Positions 1 through 33,900 of a stretch of 64,000 nucleotides of DNA are shown here, one piece after another. The stretch lies in assembly GCF_046119375.1 (NCBI RefSeq), contig NW_027362765.1:161882001-161946000 (forward strand), read 5' to 3'. How positions within the stretch are numbered: the first letter of the stretch is position 1; each line of letters opens with the position of its first letter. The notes beneath the pieces were generated by a model. It was not told the DNA's origin. It was given only the letters and a program-made list of their open reading frames with translations, and did not search any database. The position numbers and the translations under genes are program-made. Source of the stretch: Phyllobates terribilis. Lineage: Eukaryota.

Positions 1-750
1 CCACACCAGTGTTCCTAGACTTCAGACCGAGTCCTTTCCTGTCTGTGTGTGTAGATAGGCCGGGTCTCCCTCTGAACTTCACTCAGAAAAAGGGTACGGG
101 TGGCAGCTCCGCTCCTTCCGTTACCCGGTGGGATCCTCATGGCCTACCGGACTTCCCTGACCAGGACGTAGAGTAGCAAGGTCAGGTGTCGGGGGCCGGT
201 ACCCCTCTTGCAGCCAGAATCCCTCTGAATAGATCAGCTAGGCGAGGACAGGTGGCGTATACCGCTCCGGATCCATTTGCGGTGGAGCTATACTCCTAAG
301 CTCCGGGCCTTCTTGGTCATCGTACTTGACCGGGCTGAGACATACATCGTCTACAGCCTGCCCCTCGACCCAAGGCCAGGGTACGAGGGCCATGTCCCCA
401 TCCTCTGGAGGTCCACACAGGATCCACGCTCAGGGAGGGAGATCATCATCAAAAGACGACCAAGAACCAAGATGGCTGTGTATTAAATATGAAATATTAA
501 GTGTCACTAAAATGTGAGTCCTCCACCCTCACCCACTAATTGGTTCCCCTCTCTCTTGGTTCCCCTGTCTCCCGAGTACCAGTAGGGGCAGCACCTAGTG
601 CCTTCTAGCCCCCTCTGGTGGAGAAGTGTGGTGTTGAATGTGGAGGTGGGGTCCTGACCATCACACTGTTCTTAACTCAGAGGAGGAACACTACACTCCA
701 TTAGAGAAGTGCAGCATCCCTGTGGCGGTCGAACCCTCAGGGGCGCCACA
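1..750 (-). mobile_element. Gypsy-type LTR, 5' part, truncated by the window edge
   Basis: Reverse complement begins TGTGGCGCCCCTGAGGGTTCG, matching the start of the solo LTR at 33315, with similarity continuing for roughly 130 bp. Confidence 0.75.
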
Positions 751-1022
751 GTGGCAGTGGCACTGGTGTTGTGTCTTGTGTCTGGGAGTGGCACTGGTGC
801 TGTGGCTTGTATCCGGAAGTGGCAGTGGCACTGGTGCTGTGGCTTGTGTCTGGGAGTGGCACTGGTGCTGTGGCTTGTATCTCAGAATGGCACTGGTGCT
901 GTGGCTTGTGTACGGTAGTGACACTGGTGCTGTGGCTTGTATCTCGGAGTGGCACTGGTGCTGTGGCTTGTATCTCGGAGTGGCACTGGCTCTGTTCTTT
1001 GTGTCCAGGAGTGGCACTGGCT
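751..1022. repeat. Minisatellite, ~31-bp unit (AGTGGCACTGGTGCTGTGGCTTGTATCTCGG), about 8 copies
   Basis: Visible tandem array abutting the LTR end; explains the repetitive Cys/Trp ORFs. Confidence 0.9.
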
Positions 1023-2139
1023 CTTTCACACGTCCTGATATTTCCGGTATTGGAAAAACCAGTACTAGAGATGTCCGTGTGTACCTGTGTTGCGCCCGTG
1101 TGCCGCATTAGAACCACACATACCAGTACCTGGGAATCAGCTTGCGATGTTACCAGGTGCCAGGTGCTGCAGGTTAATCTCATCATTGTCCCCTACCGGC
1201 GCTGAGATCAGCGCAAGCAAGGGACATATTGAGAGTAGTATTCTGTCCCCGCTGTGTCCAGCAAGTGTAAAAATAAGAATAAAATAAAAAACATACCTTT
1301 AAACCTAATTCCCTAAAGCCATTGTCCCCTGTAAAAAAAATAAAATATAAAACAACCATAATACTCACCGGTCGGACATACTGTCCCACGCTGTAATCCA
1401 TCTGATCGACAATTCTGCATCAGCGTGTGTGGTGTCTTGAGGCGACCGCACACGCTGAGGAGCAGAGGAGAATGACTCCCTGCAGCGAGCGCCCCTGAAC
1501 TGCGCTGAGCTCACTGAGTGACAGGACTCCGCTCACTGAGCTCATGGTCAGCAGTGGCGCTGTTTCCGAAATAAACAGACATCTCATTTCAAATTTCAAC
1601 CTTCTTATGTGTAAAGTGGTGCTTCTGAAAGGTTTATTGTCCGTGACAGCAGTGAGGGCATGGAAAGTGGGTGTGAATGGGGCATAGAACATGGGGTAGA
1701 GCAGCATGGCATGTAAAAGGGGGCACTTTGCCCACCGTACTGACAATGGAAGCATATTTGCCAACTCTCCTGTCTTTCGCTGGACCCCTAAGCCTAAAAG
1801 GGTCCAGGTGGGCCGAGAACAGAAGGGTTGAGGGGAGACTTAAACATCCCCAGAAATGTTCCCGACAATGCACCGCGGTCTGGCTAAAAGCCAGTAAGTG
1901 CATTAATAAATCCTAACACCGTATGTTTCCATATGTAAAAAAAATGAAGTCTGTCCCAATGCGTAAAAACTACATTTCAAAACGAGTTGCCACAGCGACC
2001 CAATCCAGTTTTCAATATAACTTTATTAAGAACAGTGATCTGATTGGTTGCTATGGGCGACATCCACCCTTGTTTTCAGGGGTCCGCAGCAGTGCTCATT
2101 ACAGGGTAACATTGTATTTGATCATCCTAGCTCGTCAAC

Positions 2140-2423
2140 CAACAAAATGGCGGACGGAACCATTCAGCGACCACAGATCTGCGTCAGCCGGAAGTGTTGT
2201 TGTGACCCGGAAGTGATGTGCAACGCTAGGCTCTGGGCGTGGGATACACGTATGCGGCACGTGTGTGTGTTACCTAGGGCCGACTACTGCGGTTACCAAT
2301 GGATCCCGCCACCAGGGGGCGCTGTGCGGAGTGATACAGCGCTGTGTGCTCTGTAAGCCCCGTCCCCATAGAGTTCAGTCCCGTGCAGTCACACAGCGGC
2401 CGGGGGAGCTCGGGTGCCGCAGC

Positions 2424-2430
<7 letters not shown>
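2140..2430 (+). promoter_or_regulatory. CpG-rich TATA-less housekeeping-type promoter / 5' UTR of NT5C3B
   Basis: YY1 motif AAAATGGCGG 2144-2153; two ETS/GABP motifs CCGGAAGT 2188-2195 and 2207-2214; high CpG density immediately before exon 1. Confidence 0.7.
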
Positions 2431-22042
<19,612 letters not shown>

Positions 22043-22586
22043 TTAGCTTCAATAACACCTATTAATAATCAAGCTGGTACGGATTCCTTCCATCTCAACC
22101 CAAGGATCTCATTGATTTATTCAGTCGTGTTCCCACAGCTCTTCTAAAATGTGCAGTAACCAGGGAATGTCTCCCTCAGCCGTTTATATGGTCACTGCTG
22201 GTCTCTATGTGACGAGGCTGTGTCTGCCATTACGCCACCTTGTGGTTGCTCAGTTAGCATGTCTTGCACAGGCTGCATCAGATGCGGAAGCCATTATGGC
22301 CTACACCACTGGGTTATAATGGGAGGGCAGGTTTGAAAGAGAATTCAGGAGAATTTTGGTTTGTGAATGTGCTCTAAAATAAAACTGATGTGATAATTTT
22401 TAGTTGTGACTTTTCCAAAAAAAAAAAAAAAAAGTCAAGGCGCAGTAGGAAATGTTCTCCAATGTATCGGTTATGGCTAGAGCGTTCCTTTAGATTTAGA
22501 ATTTTCTCTTTGGCCGACTATTCAGTGATAATACTACTGGCAGCTTTACCTCATCGCACCACCAAAGAATGCAGAAGTAAATATAA

Positions 22587-22800
22587 GGCCACGGCCCCAC
22601 TATCAGTATTTGGTCAGTATTCAGTCAGTATTTTTTCTCAGGGGTGGGAGCCAAAACCAGGAGTGGGTGATTAATGCAGAATTGGTGACTTGTTTCTATT
22701 ATACATTTTCTCTGATTGTTCCTCACCTGGTTTTGGCTCCCACTCCTGAGAAAAAATACTGACCGAATACTGACCAAATATTAACAGTGGGGCTGTGGCC
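22587..22800. mobile_element. Harbinger-like palindromic MITE (copy 1 of 3)
   Basis: GGCCAC...GTGGCC termini, ~75-bp TIRs, TAA/TTA flanks; copies at 42917 and 54507. Confidence 0.8.
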
Positions 22801-23492
22801 TTATACTGCAGGTCGGCTGTGGAGGTAATGTGATGGTTGGACATGTATTGAGATCACTTATTTTTCAGTAGGCACCTTGTAAAAGCTTAATTTCTGCAAA
22901 AATTCCTTTTCATTTTGTAGGTATTTTTTTTATTATAGTAGGATTATCTAGAGCGACGGTTGCCATATTGTGTTTATGGCTTTTATTTTCTCGGTGTACA
23001 CAGGTGCTCATTTTTTGGTGCCACGTCTATAGCTTTCTTGAGAATAGAAAATTCTCAGGTGAGGTGGTAACTTGCTGACCACTGGGACCCCCACCTATTC
23101 TGAAAACAGAGCTCTGAAATGGGAGGAGGAGAACATTTCCCATGGAGAAACATTGAGGCGATTGCTGCAATTTTATCACAATTTGTGAATGATCAAAGGC
23201 CGTTGCGTAACACTAGTTTTATGCCAAGACCCTACATCCACCTTTTTCTTTAGGTCTAGGTCTCCTAGTCTAAAAGTCTCTATAAAGTGAGAAATAGGAT
23301 CATTATCTATTTCCAATAGGCTGATTTTACCAACCATCAACTGTGTATTGGAATTACCATGCAACGTATTAGTCTGTGGGTCCAGCTACGTTCTAACACC
23401 CAATTTGATTGTTTTACAAAATGCATCTGTTTTAATAAAACTGAAGAAAATCTTTGACCCTCATTTTGTATGTTTTTGCAATCTGTTGTTAA

Positions 23493-23999
23493 AGGGAATC
23501 TGTCAGTAAGATCAACCGTCCTAAGCAATCTATATGGGCATGTAGGTCATAGGAAACTGAATTAAAATGATGCCTTGATATTTGAGATCCGATATCTTAT
23601 TCCTGAGAAATCCACGTTTTTCTTAATATGTATATGAGCTGTTAAGATCTATGGGCCGGATAAAGATCTGAATGAGACTCCGCCTCCAGAGTGTTTTAAA
23701 ATGAAAGGGGGTGTTACCAGTGTGAGACATGTAGCTCAGGAGAAAAGACTGTTAGGCATTACATGTCTCACACTGGTAACTCCTCCTTTCATTTTAAAAC
23801 AAGCTCTGGAGGCAGATTCTTGGGGAGATCAGTGTCCAGACCATAGATTAACAGCTCATTTACATATTCCAGAGAAGTGTACATTTTTTTAAAATAAGAC
23901 TTCGGATCGCAGATATCAAAGTAGCATTTTATTAAGCTTCCTATGACCTACATGCGCATATGAATTGTTTTGACTGTTGATCCTACTGACAGATTCCCT
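23493..23999. mobile_element. T2/Kolobok-type foldback MITE
   Basis: TTAA|AGGGAATCTGTCAGTA...TACTGACAGATTCCCT|TTAA; arms complementary almost to the centre (~23745). Confidence 0.85.
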
Positions 24000-24732
24000 T
24001 TAAGACCTCCCATGCACATTTAAGTTAAAGTTGGCAAACCATCTAATGTGTATGGGGGGCCTCCTGCATCTCGATGCCTTTTTGATCTACAAGGAAATAA
24101 GTAGCACCCAGTGGGGCCCTGGCAGCTGCTTATCCCACTTTGCATGCAAAACCCATGAACGCTCAGCTGAGGGTGCATGTGTCGCTGCGTCTGGAGTGAG
24201 CTCTCTTATATGTACAACCATACTAAAATAAAGTTGAGTAAGTCATTGTAAAATTCATCCACTGCTTTTAATAGTGGAAAATATATTTGCAAAAATAACA
24301 TTGTGTCCTGTTGAGAACAACCTGCAACATTGATGTGTTGGGGTGGGGGAGGGGCTGAAATACAGCATCAATGAAATTCAGGCTTTCCTTGGACAATTAA
24401 AAGGTCCATTACTCACTGGGCAAAAGAAACAAACTATCAAGTCTGTTGCATTAGCAGTTAATTACATGAAGTCCTGTTTTCCTCACTTGGTGTCCATCAG
24501 ATCTGTCCTTGGATTATAACCTCCACAATTGTGGATTGGATTGTGCAGAGCTGCCAAATAACCTCCTTGAAGAGTCTATAAGCACATCATCTACAACCGG
24601 TCAAAGCCACCCCTGGCTGTACTAGGGATCCAGAAGTCACAGTCCGCACCAGCAGTGCACAAAGGAGCTAGGCAGGGATGGTGGTATCGGGGGTGGACTG
24701 GCATCTCTCCTGATTTGTCAGCAGGCTGCCTC

Positions 24733-24918
24733 CTATAGTTCTTCATGAACCCTCTCTGCCTCTTCTTCCGTCTTCAGTTTCAGTTCATCAGCGGTAATTT
24801 TTTCATCCTTGTTTCTGTCTTGATTTAGAAACATGTCAGCGATGGACTTTTCACGGTCTACACCAGGAAGGAATCGTCCTTTCCCTTCCTCTACCTGAGC
24901 CTTTAGGAAGGTGGAAAA
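24733..24918 (-). CDS. FKBP10: FKBP10 terminal coding exon (EF-hand 2, HEEL*)
   Basis: ttttcag| acceptor; FSTFLKAQV...RVHEEL TAG. Confidence 0.95.
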   Translation of the reverse strand, partial: FSTFLKAQVEEGKGRFLPGVDREKSIADMFLNQDRNKDEKITADELKLKTEEEAERVHEEL

Positions 24919-27900
24919 CTGAAAAACAATGTTTTTGAATTAACATTTAATTGTAAAGTGCTACGGAATAGCTTGGCGGTATATAAATTAACATTTATAA
25001 TTCAGGGGCTTACACAAAGTCATCCGGGTTCCCCCACCACTGTAATACCACGCTTCACCACCAGGTATCCCTAGCACATACATGTCAAGCTCTGGCCCGT
25101 GGGCCAAATCTGGCCCCTCAGGGTGGTTTTATTTGGCCTGCGACACCAGAACCACCACCCCTATGTGATACTCATTATTCTGTATGGAGGACTATGTGAT
25201 ACCCATTATTCTGTATGGAGGACTATGTGGGGCCCAGTATTCTGTATGGAGGACTATGTGAGGGCCGTTAGTCTGTATGGAGGAATTTGTGGGGCCCATT
25301 ACACTGGTTGGCTCGTGACTTTGCATTTGGCAGGTACCTTATCTGTTTGAGTATTTTTCACTACTTTAAAGCTGTTCATACACATTAGATGGTTGTCTGT
25401 CGAACGATGCTTCGGCTGATCGTTCGGCTGACGGCCATCTAAGCTGACTATTATACAGGAGTGCTCGTTCAACAAAGTGCTTCTGTGTTCTCTATGGGAA
25501 AGACGCTAGCTGACATGTCAGCCAGCAGCTTTTCACTGGGAGAACAATGCAATCCGCAGTCCAAAATTGGACATACGCAATCAACATCTTTCCCCACCAT
25601 CAGCCTACAGTCCCATACACTTTAGACCGTCATCCAAACGCGTAGATATCGGCGAAACCACCTGCCTGTAGAGATATCCCAGCACCACAAGAGAAGTGTG
25701 ATGAATTTGTGAAGTGACATGTATATAAAAGGAAATATAAGGCTAGAGGGTACACGGAAACGTATCATTCTGTGACATAAGACTGCAATGTACCATCACT
25801 ACTTTGTAACTAATGATATTACATATGGGCGCGTTGCATCCAGCCTTGCTGGATTTCTGCCCTAGAGCTCTAACCTAAAGATAATCTTCACTTACTTCTT
25901 CCAATGGAACCTCTCCATTTTTATCCAAATCCATTACTTCAAATAGATTGTCGGGAGTATCTGCAAGCCATATAAACAGATACCCATCCGGTACTCCTTC
26001 TTCTCTATGGATCAGTTCTATCTCAAACTTCATCACGGCACTTGCAGGAACTCCGCGAGCTACAGTAAAATACCCGAGAATTAATTCTAGAGTCAGAGGA
26101 AGTTACCTACATCATATTACATATGAAGATACTCTACATTGTGTAAGTACATTAAGCTGGTTATACGCATTAGATCAAAGTTTTTGTGTTGCAGGAACCC
26201 AACAGTCTCCTACTGGCAGACATTGGAAAGAAGGATTGGATATGTTGGATCCGTTTCTCTAGCAGGTGGAGTTGCCCAATATAGGCCAAAGTAAACTAAG
26301 TACGGATCAGGAAACTCCTTGCATCCCAAAGTGGGAGAGAAAGTTGTCCACAGGTTTGGTGATTTACAATCCAAGACGGACGCAAAAACAAATCATAGTC
26401 TAACAGGTGGTGTGTCATGTGCATAGATGGATAATGTGGGCCCGAAAACTGCATTACGCCTCAGTAAGAAGTTAAGAAATGCCAGCAGGGAATTTTTCTA
26501 AAGATGGAGACCCATGTTGTGCCCATTTCTTATTATGTACATAACCATAACTAACATCCTGTTTAATAGGACTTGTTCCACTGTAAAAGACTAAAGCAGT
26601 AGAAAGTCAATATATTCAGGAGCTAGAAACATTTGCTTTTAAGATTTTGAGTAATGAGCCAGAAAAATGGAATGAGCTCATGTCATCCGCAGCAGTACTG
26701 CACATCTCTTACAAGTAGGGCAGCCCTGCCTTCAGAGATATCGTCTCTCTAGCTGTCAATGAGAAAGGATAGCCAACAATGTGCCGATTCCAAACACAGA
26801 AATTAAATTTTTTTTGTCAAAATGTAGATGGTCAGCATGGACAAAATGTGGCAGTGCGTGGACTGTGCCTGAACATGGATGAAGTCTCCTTTCAAAAGGC
26901 ATCTTTATCCAAGGAGTCCAACTGAACAGTCCAACTGGACCTAGAACCAAATTACTGGCTCAGGTATTCCGAAAGAGACTTGCTGCCCCATCCATGTTTT
27001 TCACAGAGGTACCTTGCACATGTTGGGCCAGATAGTCGCTGAGCTACTCTGCCGTGGGGATCATTATTTTAAATGACCAGACCAAAATACACTGCTAACC
27101 CTGGATCCTTTTATGGAAGGATAACTCATGGTGAGAGGCAAAGTCACAGTGGGGCATCCATCCATTTCTCAGCCTTTGCCAAGAGCAATTTTATTTTATT
27201 TTTTTAATTCATACAAGACTCACCTCCACTTTCTCCATGTCCTAGGTGGGGAGGCACAATGACCGTCCTCTTCTCTCCTACACACATTCCATTCAGACCC
27301 ATATCAAGACCATCTATAACTTTGTTTGTGCCCAAGGTGATCTGCTGTGGATTTTCATATGAGTATCTGAAAGACAAATGGATAAGGTACAAATTTGCCT
27401 TTAGTCTTAGATCATAAAAGAGGGAGCTGTAATGGGACCTAAACATTCTGGGATTCCATGGTTTCTAGTTTAAAAGAGCACCCTTCATTATATAAACAGG
27501 TCACACACGTCAGAAAATTATATTCAATGGTGTTCAAAACCCTCAACAGGCACAAAAATGTAAGGCACAGAGTACTGTGCTCCTTATCCTTACACTGTAA
27601 ATTGTTTCTACTGTTTTTGTGTTATATACATTATCTAGCTTGTTGGCGGCTTCCAAGGAAAGTTGAAAGTCTCAGCAAGGGTAGCCGCCACTAATATAAA
27701 CTTCTGGTCATGGCTATGTTGGTAGGTATTCTTTAAGAAGTGATAGAAATGAATCTAACATAGTGGAGGAGGATGCTTTCTCCTCCATGTCCTTTGGTTG
27801 AAAACTCATGCTCCTCCACACACAGTCCTATTCTTTAAAATGTCGGATTCACTAAACCAGTTCAAGCGGGGACTGGATGCATTTCTAGATACCAGGCAGA

Positions 27901-30900
27901 TTTCAGCATATACTTAAAAATAGAATAAAATAGTAGGTTGATACAGGGATTTATTCTGACTGCTGGTTTCAGAGTCGGGAGGGAATTTTTCCTCAGGTGA
28001 AGATTGGCTAAATCATTTGGGGTTTTTGCCCTCCTCTGGATCAACTTTAGCAATTACAGAACTAACAGGTCGAACTTGATGGACGCAAGTCTTTATTCGG
28101 CTTTACTAACTATGTAACTATGTAACTATGTAAAAGTAGATAATTTGAGGTGTCTACTTGTGCCATGATCGTGGCCAGCAAATTCATTACAGTGAAATGG
28201 TTGTCATCTCTGTGTGGTTGATCACATCTTCAAGTAAGGAGTTGACGTTCATACTCACGATGAGAAGAGCGGGGTCCCGTCCAATAAGGAGCAGTTGTAG
28301 TGATACTGGATGAAATCGCCTGTTTTAGAAGTAACATTACAGACTTCTGGCTTATGGATCACCTCCACGTCAATAGAGTCTTTGGGATTATGGAAGTCAA
28401 TCACATGAACATCGAAGATCAACACAGCAGATCCAGGAATACTGTTTCCTAGTTGTGGGAAATCGAGCGCATACAATTAGAATGATATGGATTAATTGGT
28501 TTTCTGAAAAATAGTGCACAAGGTAATGTGGCGTCCGTAAAGCTAAAGATCTATTCTGGTAGGTGTAAGACATTCAGTAGAAATTATGATTAGGTCTTAG
28601 ATACTTGGTCACCTACCTGCTCCCTTTTCTCCATAGCCAAGATGTGGAGGGACGATGATTCTTCTCCATTCTCCTATGCAAATGCCTTGAAGACCAGCAT
28701 CCATGCCTTGAATAATGTAACCCATTCCAATGTATGTGTTGTATGTGTTATTCCTGGAGTAGCTGCAGACAAAGGTTATACAATATGTATTAGACATCAG
28801 TGCAGATGGAGAGTCATCCAAGACAACTAGCCCAAGAATTTTGGAGGATCCTGCTGTTGAACAGTTCATTACAGGTAAGACCTACCTGGAATCAAACAAC
28901 ACTCCATCCATGAGAGTGCCATTGTAGTGGTAACGGACGTAGTCTCCCGTAACAGCCTTCCGCTTGCAGTCTTGGGGGATGACTTGGTTCTGTACTGTAA
29001 TTCCATCTTTGGGGTTGTGAAAGTCTATCAGCAGAACATGGAACACCAGAGAAGCGTGTGGAGGGATGATTGATCCTATAGCGAAGGACAAACGAGCATT
29101 ATATGGAGAACATCTTTTAAAAGCATTTCCTGATATTTTATTGGGATCATCCATTTTGTTTTAGCTTATATTGTACTATATATAATTATATAGACTATGA
29201 TATTAATGTAACGTGAACAGTTTATAGGAACAATTTGGGGTTTTGGATCAATTTCATAATATATCCGCATAGTAGTCGTTCTGTTCTTATATAGAGCTTC
29301 TACCTAGCCATACATGTAAGAGATATTGGCCACTGTTAGAGGGAGCATGGGAGCTCACTGCATACAGCAAACATATATATTAAATTCTATATATTAACAG
29401 GGTGCAGTTAAAGGGAGTCTGTCACCCCCAAAATGCAAATTTAGCAATTTAAACATCTATGCAGGGACCTTAGCCCCCATAGCAAGCACTTTTTAGTGTT
29501 GCAGTTGCAGGTAAATTGATTTATACTTTATATGCAGATGTGGGAGCTTCAGTGCACCCTTTGCGTGGCCAGCAGCTCAGTGCACCTTTATACCCTCAGA
29601 TTTGCATATCCAGCCCTGTCCCTGATCTTGATTTCCAGCGCTTGCTTGCTAAGAATGAGTGCTGCCTAATTTCAGGCCCCTGTTCCTGCATGTGCACACT
29701 GACACTAAGGAGACCAGTGGCAAGATCACAGTGTCATCCCTCTGTGACACCTGGCTCCTTCCAGTCTGTGGCTGCTGCTCACCACAGAAAGTGAAAGTGT
29801 AGCAAGTGAACTTCAGAGAGAAGCTAGAGATCAGAGCGAGCCTGCACTCACACTGAGAGCATGTGCTCCTCCAATGTCACGCAGGAACACGGATTTAAAA
29901 AGCACTCCTCCTCCCATCAAAGTTTTTATCCTCTTAATATATTGCAATCATCATATTATAAAGCACTGTGCACTTACAATTGCTATTTTTTCCTTTCTAC
30001 CCAGCTAATTATTCTTTTTCTCCGCTCTATGTAGAAACAGGAAGTCTCTTGTCCCTGCATAAATCATTCTCCTTGGCAACTCCTGACCCAGCTGCTTAGT
30101 CCTCTCCCTGCCAGGAACTTTTGCAGTCATGACTCATACAGGGAAAATTGACCTGTTTCAACATAGAGCTTAGAAGGATTCAGCTAGTCAGTTTTTAATC
30201 ACATAATGTCATAAACCTAATGAAAAAGAGAAGAATTAGCTGGGTAGAAAGGCAAAATGAGCAATTGTAAGTACAGAGTGCTATATATGCAGTATATTAA
30301 TAGGATAAAAATTTTGATGGGAGAGTTCTTTAAGCAGCGCTCACTCTTGGCAAGCGAGTGATTTCTATCTAGATCAGGGCCAGAACTGGATATGCAAATC
30401 GGAGGGCACAATTGTGCACCAAGTTCTTGGTCATGCTAAAAGTGAACTCAAGCCCTCCCATTTGCATATGAAAGTAAAGTAATTGTATCTGCAACTACAA
30501 CACTAAAGTGTATATTACTGTTCTGATTTTTATAGGTCACCTTTACAGATATTTAACTAGCTTAATTTTGCATTTTGGGGTTAGCTGACTCCCTTTTACA
30601 ACTTAGCTCCCTCTGTTGGGGGCTGTAGGCAGCAAGCAGGTTATCTTTTAGATCTGTAGCCGTGCAAGTATGAAGACAGAAAATAGATATATTAAGGATC
30701 ATTCTCATCGCTGTTCTGCAGGAGCGCACTACTCCCCTGCCTCCTGGCTTCCTGCTTGCCTGGTGGGTGGTGCGCTCCTGATGATTGGCAGTTCCGTCCA
30801 GCAGCTTGGATGAACTGTGTGCTCTCTGATGTTGATAGCAGAGGTAGCTCTGTAGCTTAGCTGACTCTAGTGAACAGACGCTGACTTGACCCAGCAATCC

Positions 30901-33900
30901 AGTCCACTTCAGAGCAGTGCCTTTAAGCTGTTTAGCAAAAGTGCGCTCCTTTCCAAGGAAACCGACCAACTTTGATAAAGTGCACTGGTGGCCAGCACCC
31001 TAAACAACAAGCACTATACTATAACATTAGAAATTCATCCATTCTTGAGAACAGAGAGGATTTTTTAATAAGTGGTAAATTGCAAAGCTGCTTACTTTTA
31101 TGAAGTCGTTGCGATTTTACCTAATATAGGTAATGAGACAACACCTTTAAGAAACTAATCAGAACAGTACATTAAGGAAATTAGTGAGACTATTTACCAT
31201 ATCCCTTTTCTGCATAGGCCAAAAATGGTGGGACAATGATTTTCCTCCTCTCTCCAGCGCACATGCCCACTAAACCTTGGTCCATGCCTTTAATTAGCCA
31301 TCCTGACCCCACATAGGTATCGTAGGTGCCAGAGCGACTGTAGCTGTAGGGAAAGAGCGTTAAAGTCAGAGACCATAAAGAGATTTTCTTTTTTGCTCAA
31401 TCCCTTTTTGTTAGAAGGGGCTCTCTGACCATAAGCCAGTGGACTAATGCTCTGAAGTGGATTATTACCTTGAGTCAAAATATGTCCCATCCAAGAGCGT
31501 CCCGTTATAATGGTATCTCACAAAGTCCGTGTCCTGGACGGTTCTGTTACATTGGCTGGGCTTTTCTAGAGTTGTGATCTGCACCTCGTCTTTCTTGTTC
31601 CACAGATCCACCAAGATGATGTCGAAGTAGAGAGTAGCATCGGCAGGGATCATCCCGGCTGAGAATGAATAAAGTGTTAGAAGAATCTTATAGGCCTCAA
31701 ATCATCAAGAAGATTTTTTTTATGTTTCAAAATTTTTGTGCAACTTGTAGAAACTTTTAGGAGTTTTACGCCTGTTCCGCCTACCATTTGAAAAGTTAGC
31801 AGAACTCAGGCCGTATGGGGTGCGGCCAAGCAACCTGACAAGTTCATCATAATTTTTGACACAAAAGTGGTGTGAATGTAGTCCAATCCCTGGCCGACAT
31901 ACATTTCTGGTGGTGGTGCGCAGTTGAAAGATGCGCTGAATTCATAAAATTAATATTAATCAAGACAAAATGCCAGTCTTGATGAATCGGCCATAGATCG
32001 GGTAGACTTCTATATCGGGAGGACATCTGCGTCAGATGTCGTCTACAGGGGAAGGGCAACACGATGACACAACAACATGGTGGAGAACATTGAGCATACT
32101 TACGGACTCCTATGCTGCCATATCCCAGGTGCGGGGGGACAATCAATTTCCGTCTCTCGTTCACGCACATACCCAGAATCCCTCTGTCCAAACCAGTGAT
32201 GAGGCGTCCTATTCCCACAAATCCTGCTACAGCAATCCCTCTGTCATGACTGCAAGAAATATAGAGAAACAATGAAGATCTCACCTTTTAAGGGTAGGTT
32301 CAAGATAACAAGTGGATGTCATAAATATCTGGTGAAAATTTAAAAAAAAAAAATCAGATTGGTTTAATAAAGAGAGCATACTTTGGAGGATGGCAAATGA
32401 ATACCAGGCCTATAGTGCTTCCCAGTGCCATCTTTTTCCCCAGGTAAGAGATTTATGCGCACCTAACCATCGACAGGATGTAGGACAAAATCAGATGAGG
32501 CCGCCTTCTTTCATTGCTTCATGGTCTAGTTTGAAAACTCATGTGCCCATTGTAAGTGCTTTTGACTGTGGAAATGGGTCAGCATGGGCAATGGGCACTT
32601 TGGCCACATAAACCCCCCTTCCCAAAGAAAACAAACAGAAAAAAAAAGTTGCACATGCCTTTTGTGTTCTAACATATTTTGAACCATAAATACAAGTTTT
32701 CACCTATACTCAGGAGAGGTCATAACTTGTTGATCGCTGAGGATTCCACCACTAGGACCCCCACCAATCCTGGAAATGATGGTGTGCCCCATTTCAGTGG
32801 AGTGACGATACCACATTCGTGACACCACTACGTTCATAGACCGTTGGGCTGCTGGGAATAGTAGCAATTTGTGCTCTTCTGTAGGAGAATACAAGATGGC
32901 CTAGCCTTCCCTCCTCAATGCATGAATGAGCTGTAGGTGCCCATGACCCTGTCTCTGGATCAATGGTTGTTCTTCCTCGGGACCACTAGTGGTAAGTGCT
33001 AACCATTGAAGAATGGAAACAAGTCACAAAACCTGTTTCAAACCCTTTCTGGGCTATTTTTCATTTTTATGCTATAGGTTTTTTTTCTCTTTCTGTTGAA
33101 AGACCCATACGTAATACAGTCAGCATCTGCAACACGGTGGCTCAGTGGTTAGCAATATTTCTTTGTGGTGCTGGGGTCCTGGGTTCAAATCCCACCAAGG
33201 ACAACATCTGCATGGAGTTTGTATGTTCTCCCTGTGTTTGCGTGGGTTTCCTCCAGGTATTCAGGTTTCCTCCCACATTTGAAAAACATTTTGATAGGGA
33301 ATCTAGATTGGGAGTGTGGCGCCCCTGAGGGTTCGGTCGCCATGAGATTGCATCTCATCCAGAGGTGTAGTACCTCACTCTCAGGTAAGGAAGGAGTATG
33401 GCTCAGGACCCTAACACCAGCATTCACTACACCACATTTCCGGGGGACAGGACGAGATTGCTCCTACGGGAGAGCACAGTCCCTGATCCCTGGCTGGAGT
33501 GGGGGGAACCACCTAGAGAGGGGGAACCACGTAGTGGATGGGTTGGAGGACGTAGATCCTGAGAGCACTGGAGTAGGAGCATATAAAAGGGGATGGAACC
33601 ATCTAGAAGCAGCCAGTCAGAGGAGGAGAAGTGAAGGAGCAGGGGCTCTGTAGGAGCTCTGCTCCAGAGGCGGGCCGAGCCTGTGAGGCCCAGGACTGAA
33701 GGAGAGAAGAGAGGAGTGGGAGAAGGAAGGCTCCAGGAACCGAAGGGACCCTAGGGGTATGGGCCGTGCAGAAGGCAACCTGTACGCCCGCTGCTACCAG
33801 GAGGTAGAGGGGTCAGGCCAGATAAGGGGAACCGGTCCCTCAACTAGCGGAGAAACAGCAAGGCTCAACTAGAAACCGGAGGCTGCAGCACTTTATGTAC

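Noticed and set aside
638-1205. Cys/Trp-rich and QHQCH-rich ORFs
   Set aside because: Translations of the 31-bp minisatellite and LTR end.
1-2140. KLHL10, the head-to-head neighbour of NT5C3B in mammals
   Set aside because: No BTB/Kelch-like exon visible; the region is LTR, minisatellite and MITE sequence, and the gene may lie outside the window.
26150-27180. Possible L1/Tx1 reverse-transcriptase remnants in an FKBP10 intron
   Set aside because: Only vague motif resemblance on manual translation; not supportable without a profile search.
33138-33200. tRNA-like A/B boxes as a tRNA gene
   Set aside because: Continues into a V-SINE core and LINE-like tail; it is a SINE head.
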